Shown one piece after another: positions 55,101 to 62,358 of a stretch of DNA of 64,000 nt. Position numbers and translations under genes: made by a program. The stretch comes from Antedon mediterranea (lineage: Eukaryota; Animalia; Echinodermata). The stretch covers positions 22,524,871-22,588,870 of the forward strand of contig NC_092676.1 of NCBI RefSeq assembly GCF_964355755.1. Reading direction: 5' to 3'. The notes under the pieces were generated by a model. It was not told the DNA's origin. It did no database searches and saw only the letters and a list, made by a program, of their open reading frames with translations. How positions within the stretch are numbered: position 1 is the stretch's first letter; each line of letters opens with the position of its first letter.

Positions 55101-58100
55101 CTCCAAACTGATAAATCTGTATTATTTTAGTAAAATTTGGCTACAATACAACATGATCTATTTAAAAAATAAAATAACATTTACCAAATTGTTTTCGAAG
55201 AATATTTTTTTATAGAAAATATATTTTTATATATCCCTTAATAAAACCTGTTATTAGTACAAATAAATTTTCTTCAAACAAAACATTATCTATGGGAATT
55301 TTACAGTACAACTTTTTTAGTCATTTTTGCCTCTGAACATTATCAAGCAACAAGAACTTATAAATCTTGAGAAAATGAATGTTTTATTGACAGAACCCAC
55401 ATCCTGCTACCCTGGTCACTCCTGCAATAAAAATCTGAAATTAAAAACAGCTTAAGCTGCTGTATTGCTAAGATTTATGTATGCCCCTACATTATAATAT
55501 TTCTTATCCTGGGGTATAATTTCTTATTCTGGGGAATGTAAAAGTTAATTGAAAGTAACAAAAATGGAGTACAGTCAAACTGGCCAACTGACATAATAAC
55601 CTAATTGCCTGACATCTTGGTATCAAGACATTAATCAAAAAAGAATGTGTGCGTGGGGGTAAATAATGTGAGAATAAATTTCTTATGATCAGTTAACTCA
55701 GTCACTTGACTTTGAATCATGTAGCCTATTAATAAGCAATGGCTACGTGATGTACTGTAGACAAGAAACTTAAGTTTGAGTTGGAGTGACGGACAGATTT
55801 GTTAAAAGCGAGAATCCACGCCCCTATTTTGTATGCTTAAGTGACTTAAAGGAAGGAGAAGATAAACATAAGTAGACGTGCTGTCCTGTGTAAATTATCA
55901 TGTGATATATTATATGTTCCAGAAACAATAATTTGCATAATTATATCTCTAATAAAAAACTTTGCCAGTAACTATACAATACAAAATATATATTTTATTC
56001 TTCTGTAGACTTGCAGTCTATATTTTAATTCATTCACACAATCATCTGATACTTTGAGATTTAATAATTAAACATATCAACCCTTTTTCTATGTTGTTGA
56101 TTCTATCCAACAAAAGTCAAAGCTCGTCTTGGGACATTTAAACCAAAATCTGAGATAGACTTTATCCAATACTTCTATGAATGGATGACTCATTTGGACC
56201 AAGAACACTGGTTGACTAATCCATGTTTTTTTTTTAAATAATCATTTCGAAAACCTGTGTTAGTTTTGGCCACTAACTAATTTGAAAAGATGAAAGTAAT
56301 ATCAGATGTTTTTTTTAAATATTGAGGAAAATTACTAAGGATAACCATAAGCTATTTCATTCCTTCTCAAAAGTGGCAATCCAGTTAACATAACAAACAT
56401 TAATACAAGCTGCTCTACAAATTTTTAAATAGGTCTTTGGGAGTGAAGTTGTTATACATAAACCTATGTTCCCACTAGAACGCAATGCTAGGATGCAATA
56501 GCAATGCAAGCGAGTTGACCAATGGACCAGCGTTCATTTTAATAAACCATCACTTGTGATTGATCAACTTACTTGCTTCCAACTTACGTCTTAGTGGGAA
56601 CCAAACTTGAAAATTACAGTAGTAATATATATATTTTGTAATTTTCTAAACAAATTACATAAATACACTACATACCCCATAACTGCATTTGTTCACTCTT
56701 GAATGATAAAGTCCGTAGGCCTACTAGGTATGACATGTCCACATTATGTGAATCTTACAGTAATTATAAAAAGGATGCAAGCTTAACAAAATTAGCTTGG
56801 GCCTTGGTCAAATACAAGGTAGGTAAAATGTCACTATGTGTAAGGATTAAGCAACCTTCGCTAAAATTAGTGGCCAACTAATTAACATAACGAAAGTATG
56901 TAAAGATATGAAATTGTAATGTAGAAATGGAGCAAAAAAAAAGTTGAACAAATAAAATAGAATTATAGAAAAACCTCAGTACAGAAATTCATTGGCATAT
57001 TTATAGAGCGCGTCACCTGATGAATAGGAGTTGGCCAGTGTTTAAAACATACAGTATTGTAACCTCTTTCTTTTTATGGAAAAGTGTCCACCTTCATTAG
57101 GATGTCTTCTTTAATAAGGTGTCGGCCACATATAGTGTTAACATATTTCCCCTTCCCCCTCCCCTCCCCCGCCACCCTCCTCTTCATAAGGAGATCGGCC
57201 AGAGTATTAAAACATATTGTCCCTGGTTCGATTCACATGCCATTGCAAATGCACCCTTAATAGGAAACGGTGTTTTATTGTAATAAAAAGAAGTTGAGAT
57301 GGCGGTATTAAAAATAGCAGAAAAAATAATTATGGAGGAGAACTTAAGCGTATCCTGTGGTTTGCACATTCAATGTCATTCTTAAAACCCAGGACGCCTA
57401 CAGACCAGGTTCAAGTCAAGATTACCAATATCCTCTTGCCTACAGTAGGTCAATGGAATTTAGATTATTTAATAAAATACCAGCTACACTGTATATTATA
57501 CTTAATCACAAGACATCTAGGGTTTGGTTAGAAAGAGATTGCACAGGTTTTTTTAAATTTTGCTTAAGGTTTGCAGTATAATATTTTAAAAATGGCAAAA
57601 TTTGTGATACAAAAATTGTCAATGTATACGTCTATTTATAACAACTGAACTTGTTTGCAATTAATTAAAATAGAAGACTCAAAACAAGCATTGTTTTTTC
57701 TGTCTTTTTAAACCAATATTGTCAATTATTACAGTAGACCAACTAATAGATTGTATTGAAAATAAGTTTTGAACGCTTTAAATTCTGAAGAACGTTATGA
57801 CAATAAAGCTCTGTCTACACTATCAAAGTTTATGCGGGCTTTATGTGATGTGCCCTTACAATTACATGGACTTTTTTGTTCAATTTTTTAGTTTGATAGT
57901 GTAGACAGTGCTTTATACTTAATAAAAAATTGCTTTAAAAAGGTTAAAGAGTATTACAATGTATATTAGTAAAGTTACAATAATGTTGACATCCCTTAGT
58001 GGACAGCACATTAAATTAAATTTAATTTATTTAATGAACAAAAGATTAACAACCTTCCAAATGTCCAAATTAATAACAAAATCACATACAGAACAAGCCA

Positions 58101-61100
58101 ACATATTGGAAAACCAAATAAACGTTGACATAAAGGGAAAAGCCAGAACACATTGGCAACAGCTGGGAAGACGTACACAGAATGGACGACGCTAACACTA
58201 GCAAGGCAATGTTACAATAAGTGTCACATGAATTACAAAGTATCGGCAAGAAAATACGGATCTGGATATTGTGTATTTCCTTTTTTAATGGATAATGTAA
58301 TTGAACTTTATTAACCTATACACAAATTCTTTGCCTAATTAGAAGTGGAGATGTAGCTTGGTGGTTAACATGCTTGCCTTCCAATCCCAAGGTTCAGGGT
58401 TCAATCCTATAGTAGTACTTAACAGGATTATAACTCGCAATTAACACCCTGTTGAAAACTTTGAAAAGGAAAGCACCCATAGACCTCTATGGAATATAAG
58501 CCTTGTTTAAAAAAAACTATCAAAAAGCGTAAAAGATGGTGTATCAATGTGCTATAACTAAGAAAGTTGGGCAAATAGTTTGATTATTTCACAAGTCAAC
58601 AATAAAGGAGTGTAGAATAATAGATTGGAGGGTTCTCCTGTAATCTTACAAACCTTTTTGACATTGTTTGCGCTTCTTCTTTAATTTCGTTGTGCTCGTC
58701 ATCTTCAACGAGTACACCACGTGCGAATACAAAGATAATTGGTAACTTGTAAAGGTCCTTGTTGTCATACTCTGGATTCAGGATTGTGCTCTCCAGACTC
58801 GACTTGATATACTCAAACGATTCTCGTCCAGAAAACGTACATATACAACCTGGCCATAATAAAAATAAGTTCATTAATGAATGTACAGTAGGCCTATATT
58901 CTTACCTTGAGGATTACTTTGTGGTTTACTGCCGGAACTAAAGAAAATATAGGTTGGAACGATACGATATGTAGAGTAGAGAAAATAATTTCATTCGCTG
59001 AGAGCCTATATTAAAGACAACTTCCCTACGTTATTTAGATCTAATTTAAGATCACAAACAATATTTAATGTAAAAATAATACTATATGGTCCTATTGCGA
59101 TAACTGTTTTCATTTTTAAATGGTTAAAAATGTGAAAAATAATTAGTCAAATCTAATAATTGTAGCGGCCCGCTATAAATCCCAAAATACACTGCGCGCG
59201 GATTGATATTTTTGTTTTTCTTCTGTAATTCACCAACTTTTCGATCGATCGTGAGGCCAAAACAAATGGAAGACTCCTAACTTTTCAGCGAAAATACCGG
59301 GTTTTCCCCAATTTGTATCAACGGAGTCTCGCAAAAATAGAAAGACAATTAATGCAGCAACTGTACAATGTCAGGCTAGTTATATAGCTAGCGTATGATG
59401 TTCGTATGTTACCGATGTTTACCAGCTTGGCCTACAAAACTAAGCCTACCTAGGCTAGGCCTAAAGACCGTTCACGAGAGATCAATCGACGCGAGCTACT
59501 TAGGTAGTGCATTGTTTCTCACTTTTTATCATAATTTAATTACCACAAAACGTACATTTAAGACAAGAAATGACCTGGTTTAATGTTTTTAAAGTAATAT
59601 ATATGTATTATTTTAACAAAACGTCACAAACTGGAACCATACGTTAAATGTATAGAATAGAGAGAATAATTTCATTACTAAGAGCCCATATTAAACAATT
59701 AATTTTTCAACTCATTAATGAAAGTACTGTACAGTCTCACCTAGAATTATTTTGTGGTTTACTAGAACCAAAACAATAAGTTGGAACCATACGGTAGATG
59801 TATAAAAAATATATAATAATTTCATTCGCTGAGAACCCATATTAAACAATCTTTCAACTAATTAAATAAAGAAGAAAGTACAGTACAGTCTTACATAGGA
59901 TTTACCTTTGTGTTTACTGGAACCGAAACAAATTTATAAAGTGGAACCTTACAGTAGCTGATGTATAGATTATATAACCTAGTTTTATATTTTATTGATT
60001 ATTATGTAACCATAGGTAACTGGCAATAAAAGAATAACGATTGAATAATAGGGAGTCAACTTAAAACAACCACAGCTCAGAAAGTGGTCATCAAGGAACG
60101 AGAAAAAATCTAAAATGGCACCATTAGGATGTTTGAAGTTAATTTAATACTATGCCTGTGTTACACAGTATGTTGGCTATATCATTGCGACCTGGAAAGT
60201 TAACACTATTCATGGGTAGAGTCTACTGTACACAGTTTGGGTCATCTAAAAGGTAAATATTTTGTTTACTACTGTATTTCAGTTAAAAGGAGAAAAGTGG
60301 CAAAAAGCAAAACTGGTGATCTCACCAACTTCAACCTATTAAAAACAATGGGAAAAATTACAAATACATAACCCCCATTGTCAAGGCTATGTTACCCTAT
60401 ATAAACCCTTTTATGTCCACCTCTTTAGCATACAATAAAATCCACTAAAAATAACGTTAGTCAACTTCCTTTAATTTAATTTTATGACAATAAACAAAAT
60501 GTTCTCTATTTTGCTCTCATGTACAGTAGCATCAATTTTTTGTGAAATATAGTAACTCAAATAGAGAGAAATGGCGAACCGGCGTCTAAAATCCGAGTGG
60601 GTATAAAATCATAACAAACCGTTGAGGGCGGCACATTTCCTATGTTTATACACGTGAATATGGCGTCGTCTAACCAATGTTGTTGCTGTAACGCTCATAA
60701 TTCTTGTTATGTATAAAAGTCATCCATCATTCACAATCATATTCCTAAAAATATCTCATATCTGTAGGTCTACATTAGACTAGGCCTATAATATTATAGT
60801 AGAATGGTGTTATCAAGTATTCATTACTGGCGATAGCCCCCTGCAGGAAGGAAGCATCACTAGCCACATAACAAAATGGCAGTTGTCAAGCTGAAACTAA
60901 TGCTAGGCCTACATCTACTAGAGATGCTCTATTTAGTCTTACTACCTAGCTAGGAGAGGCTTAGCAGCACCCTAGCTAAAGTAGTAGTAGTAGTAGTACA
61001 GTATGCAATAACGAATTTCCAATATTATTATTATTATGATTATTATTATTATTATTATAATAACCGATAATCCGTGCTAGGCTCGAGTACTCGAGGTACT

Positions 61101-62358
61101 ACAGCATATACAGGCCAACTATCTAGGGCCTAGAGCTGGGTACAGTATATAACAAAAACGCGTCTTAATTCAATCCAAATTAAAATAAAATATGTTAAGA
61201 TTTGCCCATATAACATTAAAATTGTTAAGGGGTTGCAAAAAAAAAAAAGATACTGCTATTATGTGTGTTTTAAACGTTCTTTTCTACCTACTTTTTTAAC
61301 TCAACCCATCGGAATTTCCCATACAAAAACATGTGGCGAAATGGTTTGTTTACAATCTATACCCACTCGGTGAAATTTGAGTGACGTCATCGCGGTTCGC
61401 CATTTCTCTCTATTGAACCTGTGGATGGTGCAACCATGCACTGAAGGATTTTAACAAGAAATAATGACCATGTGACATACTAACAAAATTATGTGTTCGT
61501 TGAATGGAGAGAATAATTTCATTTGTTGAAAATGAAAGGCTATATTAAACAATCAATCTTTTGACAACTTCTTTCCCATTTATTATTTGTATACCAATAG
61601 ATAAACATGGTTCTATCAATCAAGAATTCTCGTTTTGTAAAAGTTTGACAATTTTAGCATAGCTTGCCAACAAAAAATCTGCGCAAGCAAGGTACCATGA
61701 ACCCAGACCTATAAAGTATAATTAATAAGCATGTGAAATTAACTAAATGAAGCAAAGCAGGTTATGTCGCTATAGGTCAGCAACCTTTTTGTCTTGTTTT
61801 TTAATTAAGGAGAGTTTTGGGGATTGAAAACATCATATAGATATTATCAAGAAATGGTTAATAATCAAATTTACAAGGAAATGTTTATGAATCATGAATT
61901 TATTAAAAATGTAAATTACATTATGGATTTATTTAAAAGGAATTTTCGTTTCTTTTTGGATTAAATGTATGGATAATGACCCTTAGAGGATGGTAAGAAA
62001 AGGAGGAAACAAGAAAGTTTATGGAACGGAAAAAGAAAAAAAAAGTGTATGGAATGGAAATATAGACTAAATGAGACAATTTTATGTTCTTCATCTTCAT
62101 CTATTCTTTTATATTTACTGTACTGCAAAGTAAAAAAATGTTAGGAGCAAGATAAAATAATATTGTAAATATATTTGTTAACTATAACAAAATTATTGTT
62201 TTGTTATTATTGTGTTTCATGTATTATACTGTACCTGCCGGGGTGAACTCTTCTGTTTTGAATGCATTTTGAGACTGAGATACATCGCCCTCTATTGCTC
62301 GAAGTTGAAGGTTATGCAACGTCCCGTCTAATGTGTACTCTCCATCGCAGCACTGGGA
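789..62358 (-). CDS. ARHGAP35: p190RhoGAP (ARHGAP35/ARHGAP5-like) multi-exon gene, 5'-partial (pG1-pG2-middle region-RhoGAP)
   Basis: Exons join with matching phases and GT-AG boundaries. Translation shows p190 hallmarks: LRAIEGDV..FTPAGCIC (human RPIEGNV..FQPHGCLC), VMCGD, SYH, FYSPKRKGS, PFF, PPPVKPKP, a YxxP pair, EGIYRIPG, KQFFSKLPEPLIP, NRMTSQNLAVCWWPTL. Probably a pro-orthologue of both ARHGAP35 and ARHGAP5. Confidence 0.93.
1870..2121. repeat. degenerate ~19-21 bp tandem repeat (AACCTGGTTATCTCTTATT), about 12 copies
   Basis: Recurrent aacctggttatctcttatt variants between the two terminal exons. Confidence 0.8.
2654..2945 (-). CDS. ARHGAP35: terminal exon A, canonical RhoGAP C-terminus (IMQKQDTNRMTSQNLAVCWWPTLLHP...PLQFL*)
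   Basis: Acceptor atatttccag, phase 2. Matches human NLMTSENLSICFWPTLMRP. Stop TAG at 2654-2656. Confidence 0.92.
4625..4730 (-). CDS. ARHGAP35: RhoGAP exon (AQNQEEQTQAIHDLLDKMPRIKKETLKYMMFHLN-R)
   Basis: Acceptor tttgtgttaaag, donor AG|gtgagt, phase 1->2. Matches human [20 protein letters not shown]. Confidence 0.92.
4901..5140. mobile_element. Kolobok-like MITE, copy 1
   Basis: TTAA|AGATGTATTG..CCCC ... GGGGGACAATAAATCT|TTAA; same family as 13074-13415. Confidence 0.7.
7429..7491 (-). CDS. ARHGAP35: candidate cassette exon inside the RhoGAP domain, 63 nt (or 24 nt with the donor at 7468): G-DSSTEVN[SMSSGFHFSVPTM]
   Basis: Weak AAG acceptor; donors A|gtgagt (7429) and A|gtatga (7468) are both phase 1 and frame-preserving. 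Two TGCATG motifs just downstream. Confidence 0.5.
8021..8155 (-). CDS. ARHGAP35: RhoGAP exon (PDMKLADMHMSVPAVCTALKQFFSKLPEPLIPYDLQQEFLDSCQ)
   Basis: (CT)n-cag acceptor, donor AAG|gtaagg, 135 nt, phase 1-1. KxFFxxLPEPL motif. Confidence 0.93.
8544..8621 (-). CDS. ARHGAP35: RhoGAP exon with arginine finger (GINQEGIYRIPGKGADSDFIMATFGK)
   Basis: Acceptor ttcttttatag, donor gtaagt, 78 nt. EGIYRxxG catalytic motif is intact. Confidence 0.93.
9302..9458 (-). CDS. ARHGAP35: polybasic stretch and start of RhoGAP domain (DNKSKKKRKK...VPQFVIKCVEFLEEE)
   Basis: Acceptor caattgcag, donor G|gtacga, phase 0->1. Typical first helix of a RhoGAP domain. Confidence 0.92.
9569..9652 (-). CDS. ARHGAP35: polybasic-region exon (ESSKQKKDQKKKRGKPKDQDKPKRQKQE)
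   Basis: Acceptor ttggtattag, donor GAG|gtgagg, 84 nt, phase 0-0. The frame differs from the ORF-track frame. Confidence 0.8.
9845..9939 (-). CDS. ARHGAP35: middle-region exon (EREGGAPMKRDREINDENLYDVVSIESNDEK)
   Basis: Acceptor catatttag, donor AAG|gtaaac, phase 1->0. Confidence 0.82.
10014..10284. mobile_element. old hAT-like TIR element remnant
   Basis: CAGTGGAGTAAC ... GTTACGCCACTG inverted ends; no matching TSD seen. Confidence 0.35.
10360..10519 (-). CDS. ARHGAP35: middle-region exon (PRKYSSNKTPTVSE...KKTPPTPLSPQ...GTKEL)
   Basis: Acceptor tttgtatctag, donor G|gtgagt, 160 nt, phase 0->1. Confidence 0.82.
13074..13415. mobile_element. Kolobok-like MITE, copy 2
   Basis: TTAA TSD on both sides, TIR AGATGTATTGTCCCCC/GGGGGACAATACATCT, AG..CT termini. 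Confidence 0.75.
13784..13974. mobile_element. PIF/Harbinger-type fold-back MITE
   Basis: TTA|AGGGCCTTTCACACCT..CCGGCACGGTTCCGGTCCGGCGA with its near-perfect reverse complement ending GGCCCT|TTA; 3-bp TTA TSD; GC-rich. Confidence 0.85.
15769..15978 (-). CDS. ARHGAP35: exon with tandem YxxP motifs (KLDLDKFSAV...EGYAVPHD...NVIYDEPVD...RSK)
   Basis: Acceptor tttgtttag, donor AAG|gtgcgc, 210 nt, phase 0-0. The two YxxP motifs are 18 residues apart. Confidence 0.88.
16651..16780. mobile_element. palindromic MITE family (GTCAAAAT..TCTACTGCAGTTACTGCAGTAACT); related copies at 14381-14570 and 7968-8016
   Basis: Inverted ends and the same terminal motif at three loci. Confidence 0.6.
16840..16970 (-). 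CDS. ARHGAP35: middle-region exon (LNPNQFEDDYKEEENPIYIA...LPPPPVKPKPIRSKNQPK)
   Basis: Acceptor aatttcag, donor gtaaga, phase 1->0. PPPVKPKP is identical to the human p190A motif. Confidence 0.88.
18646..18911. repeat. 65-bp tandem repeat, 4 near-identical copies
   Basis: Unit GGAGTTTACACACACCAGG...GGTATGTGTAAACTGT starts at 18646, 18711, 18776 and 18841. Confidence 0.95.
21318..21389 (-). CDS. ARHGAP35: middle-region exon, 72 nt, phase 1-1 (DHQRPMPKHVPPPMKPTRIFSDQ)
   Basis: Acceptor tattttttcag (CAGCAG), donor AAG|gtaaga, symmetric, Pro-rich. Confidence 0.8.
23276..24030. repeat. degenerate ~140-160 bp tandem repeat, about 5 copies
   Basis: Recurring GCTGACAAATGCCTGAGGCTA..AAATTAAGATAT..AACAAGGCTAG and GGGTAAGAGTCCACTTAAAATGGGCT. 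Confidence 0.9.
25709..26497. repeat. 25-bp minisatellite (GGGYTGTGCAGACAGGCCTAACTGA), about 31 copies
   Basis: Direct reading; only T/C and A/C variants; no unique spacers. Confidence 0.97.
26701..26754 (-). CDS. ARHGAP35: middle-region exon, 54 nt (81 nt with alternative donor at 26674), phase 1-1 (CYPPPSSEERIYCEVGE[GIFHHDQNR])
   Basis: Acceptor atttgttttag; donors G|gtattt (26701) and G|gtaaac (26674) both preserve frame. Confidence 0.65.
30268..30481. mobile_element. Harbinger-type MITE
   Basis: TIR AGCCTGGTTTCCAT.AAAATCGCTACA / TGTAGCGATTTTATGGAAACCAGGCT, flanked by TAA/TTA. Confidence 0.75.
31924..31983 (-). CDS. ARHGAP35: middle-region exon, 60 nt, phase 1-1 (DEPCEPVYAVVEPTIYDDPH)
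   Basis: Acceptor ttcttattattag, donor G|gtatgt, symmetric, two Tyr motifs. Confidence 0.75.
32515..32623. mobile_element. short palindromic MITE family (AGCTTGGTTCYCACTAG...); related copies near 19323-19462, 53468-53620 and 56461-56607
   Basis: Shared ends and internal GACCAATCACAAG/CTTGTGATTGGTC motifs. Confidence 0.6.
33525..33666. mobile_element. MITE family AGCTCTGTCTACAC...GTGTAGACAGAGCT; other copies at 8432-8535, 39694-39841 and 57807-57912
   Basis: TIRs plus shared core GATGTGCCCATATATGGACATGATGATGTCATATCACTACCA in four copies. Confidence 0.8.
33866..34170. repeat. 25-bp minisatellite (CGTGTATACAGGCACTGAATAATGA), about 12 copies
   Basis: Direct reading; explains the three overlapping repetitive ORFs. 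Confidence 0.97.
36878..37875 (+). mobile_element. non-autonomous PIF/Harbinger derivative (~1 kb)
   Basis: ~35-bp TIR GGG..TGTTCAGACCTACGGAGTTATGCTTTCGTAT / ATACGAAAGCATAACTCCGTAGGTCTGAACA..CCC; TAA/TCA flanks; internal Myb/SANT remnant. Confidence 0.85.
37254..37562 (+). pseudogene. decayed Myb/SANT-like (trihelix) DNA-binding gene of a Harbinger element
   Basis: MSSKRGHWRETEVKYLISLWGSPEF...KMSVFNEMADTL...*..IQTKLKGSSYKAAKDQVNKYGAGASTGFEHF. W..E...LI.LW and K.K...YK..KD patterns; in-frame TAA at 37428. Confidence 0.7.
38288..38913. mobile_element. Kolobok-like non-autonomous element, complete copy (~626 bp)
   Basis: TTAA|AGCCCCATTCCCTAC ... GCAGGGAAGGGGTCT|TTAA; highly similar copy at 59015. 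Confidence 0.8.
43441..43537 (-). mobile_element. probable 3' end of a truncated LINE (L2/CR1-like stem-loop plus tail)
   Basis: 10-bp stem GAGGAGCCTA/TAGGCTCCTC (43494-43537) followed on the minus strand by AATAAATAAA and short repeats. Confidence 0.4.
44671..44736 (-). CDS. ARHGAP35: middle-region exon, 66 nt, phase 1-1 (DPSDLENLYPNRQARNETRTP)
   Basis: Acceptor ttcttccccaataccag (CAGCAG tandem), donor CAG|gtatac, symmetric open frame. Confidence 0.65.
45299..46135. mobile_element. P-element-like MITE (837 bp)
   Basis: Perfect ~40-bp TIR CAAAGAATATATATCACAAGAATGAGTATTCCGCGATTTT, CA..TG ends, 7-bp TSD GTAGAAC on both sides. Confidence 0.8.
48086..48757. mobile_element. CAGTAGAA..GGGACACC Tc1/mariner-like MITE interrupted by a nested element; relatives near 13626-13770, 41780-41955 and 49984-50122
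   Basis: TA|CAGTAGAACCCC..GGGACACC ... GGTGTCCCC..AGAGGGATCTACTG. Confidence 0.65.
48130..48622. mobile_element. Tc1/mariner (pogo-like) MITE nested in the previous element
   Basis: TA|CCGTAAAACCTCGAAAAGAAGCCCATGGGCTT ... AAGCCCATGGGCTTCTTTTTGAGGTTTTACGG|TA; internal TCGAAAAGAAGCCC repeats. Confidence 0.85.
49001..49177 (-). CDS. ARHGAP35: middle-region exon, 177 nt, phase 1-1 (EENSTVTPQESDSD...DFMERLRKWE)
   Basis: AAG acceptor, donor G|gtattc, open purine-rich frame, symmetric. Confidence 0.7.
49796..49821 (-). CDS. ARHGAP35: 26-nt microexon (S-DGRKNLGS)
   Basis: Strong acceptor tttttttctctcctcag and donor gtaagt. Converts phase 2 to phase 1, which the downstream exons need. Confidence 0.75.
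52084..52213 (-). CDS. ARHGAP35: p190RhoGAP exon, end of pG2 (EAFTPFFHEVMMHK...NRPPLPTPGD)
   Basis: Acceptor ttcttctaag, donor AG|gtacag, phase 1->2. Matches human EIFHPFFKDV. Confidence 0.88.
52393..52660 (+). mobile_element. degenerate tRNA-derived SINE
   Basis: A-box-like TAGCG-TTGGT and B-box GGTTCGAGAC, followed by a SINE-like body. Confidence 0.45.
52693..52853 (-). CDS. ARHGAP35: p190RhoGAP exon, pG2 (NFASKHDDLAIKIVAVCDG...TGEDFASKIDAGFMITGTDFGAQ)
   Basis: Acceptor ttttatcag, donor gtaagt, phase 2->1. Resembles human IQLVALTDG..EGEEIAQEIDGRF. Confidence 0.9.
53151..53405 (-). CDS. ARHGAP35: p190RhoGAP exon, pG2 (IGLCVMCGDEHTVENILSPF...SSYH...FYSPKRKGSYETM-K)
   Basis: Acceptor tttcttacag, donor gtaagt, phase 2->2. 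MCGD, SYH and YSxKRKxS motifs of p190 pG2. Confidence 0.93.
54248..54418 (-). CDS. ARHGAP35: p190RhoGAP exon, end of pG1 (LSSTEFVDMPRDE...NKFHEKQIQQAIRAIL...METL-T)
   Basis: Acceptor tcctcttag, donor gtaatc, phase 2->2. EKQI matches human NEKQISQVL. Confidence 0.88.
58347..58510 (+). mobile_element. tRNA-like SINE head (possibly Gly-derived) or tRNA pseudogene
   Basis: GGAGATGTAGCTTGGTGGTTAA..CTTGCCTTCCAA..GGGTTCAATCC: A and B boxes present, acceptor stem not closed. Confidence 0.5.
58654..58849 (-). CDS. ARHGAP35: p190RhoGAP exon, pG1 (CICTFSGRESFEYIKSSLE...LPIIFVFA...EAQTMSK-R)
   Basis: Acceptor ggccag, donor AG|gtttgt, phase 1->2; lies within ORF 58596-58874. Confidence 0.9.
58871..59970. 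repeat. degenerate ~150-bp tandem repeat (3-4 units) interrupted by a Kolobok-like element
   Basis: Recurring TTTGTGGTTTACT..GAAC, TGGAACCATACG and AATAATTTCATT..GAGAGCC.ATATTAAA on both sides of the insertion. Confidence 0.75.
59015..59630. mobile_element. second copy of the Kolobok-like element, lacking its right TIR
   Basis: Collinear and highly similar to 38288-38897; starts after TTAA, ends at ACGTCACAAA without GGGAAGGGGTCT. Confidence 0.85.
60563..61411. mobile_element. ISL2EU/Harbinger-like non-autonomous element (~850 bp)
   Basis: AT|AGAGAGAAATGGCGAACCG ... CGGTTCGCCATTTCTCTCT|AT; subterminal inverted CCGAGTGGGTATA/TATACCCACTCGG. Confidence 0.7.
62235..62358 (-). CDS. ARHGAP35: p190RhoGAP exon, pG1 (SQCCDGEYTLDGTLHNLQLRAIEGDVSQSQNAFKTEEFTPA-G)
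   Basis: Acceptor gttttgctttag, donor G|gtacag, 124 nt, phase 0->1. Resembles human [20 protein letters not shown]..FQPHG. Not in the ORF track. Confidence 0.9.

Noticed and set aside
58347-58420. Functional tRNA-Gly gene
   Set aside because: Acceptor and anticodon stems do not pair properly; better read as a SINE head.
58906-58937. 32-nt exon-like segment (SGSKPQSNPQG) resembling human QPHG
   Set aside because: Part of a tandem repeat unit; it would need a 56-nt intron and shift the frame. The true upstream exon is 62235-62358.
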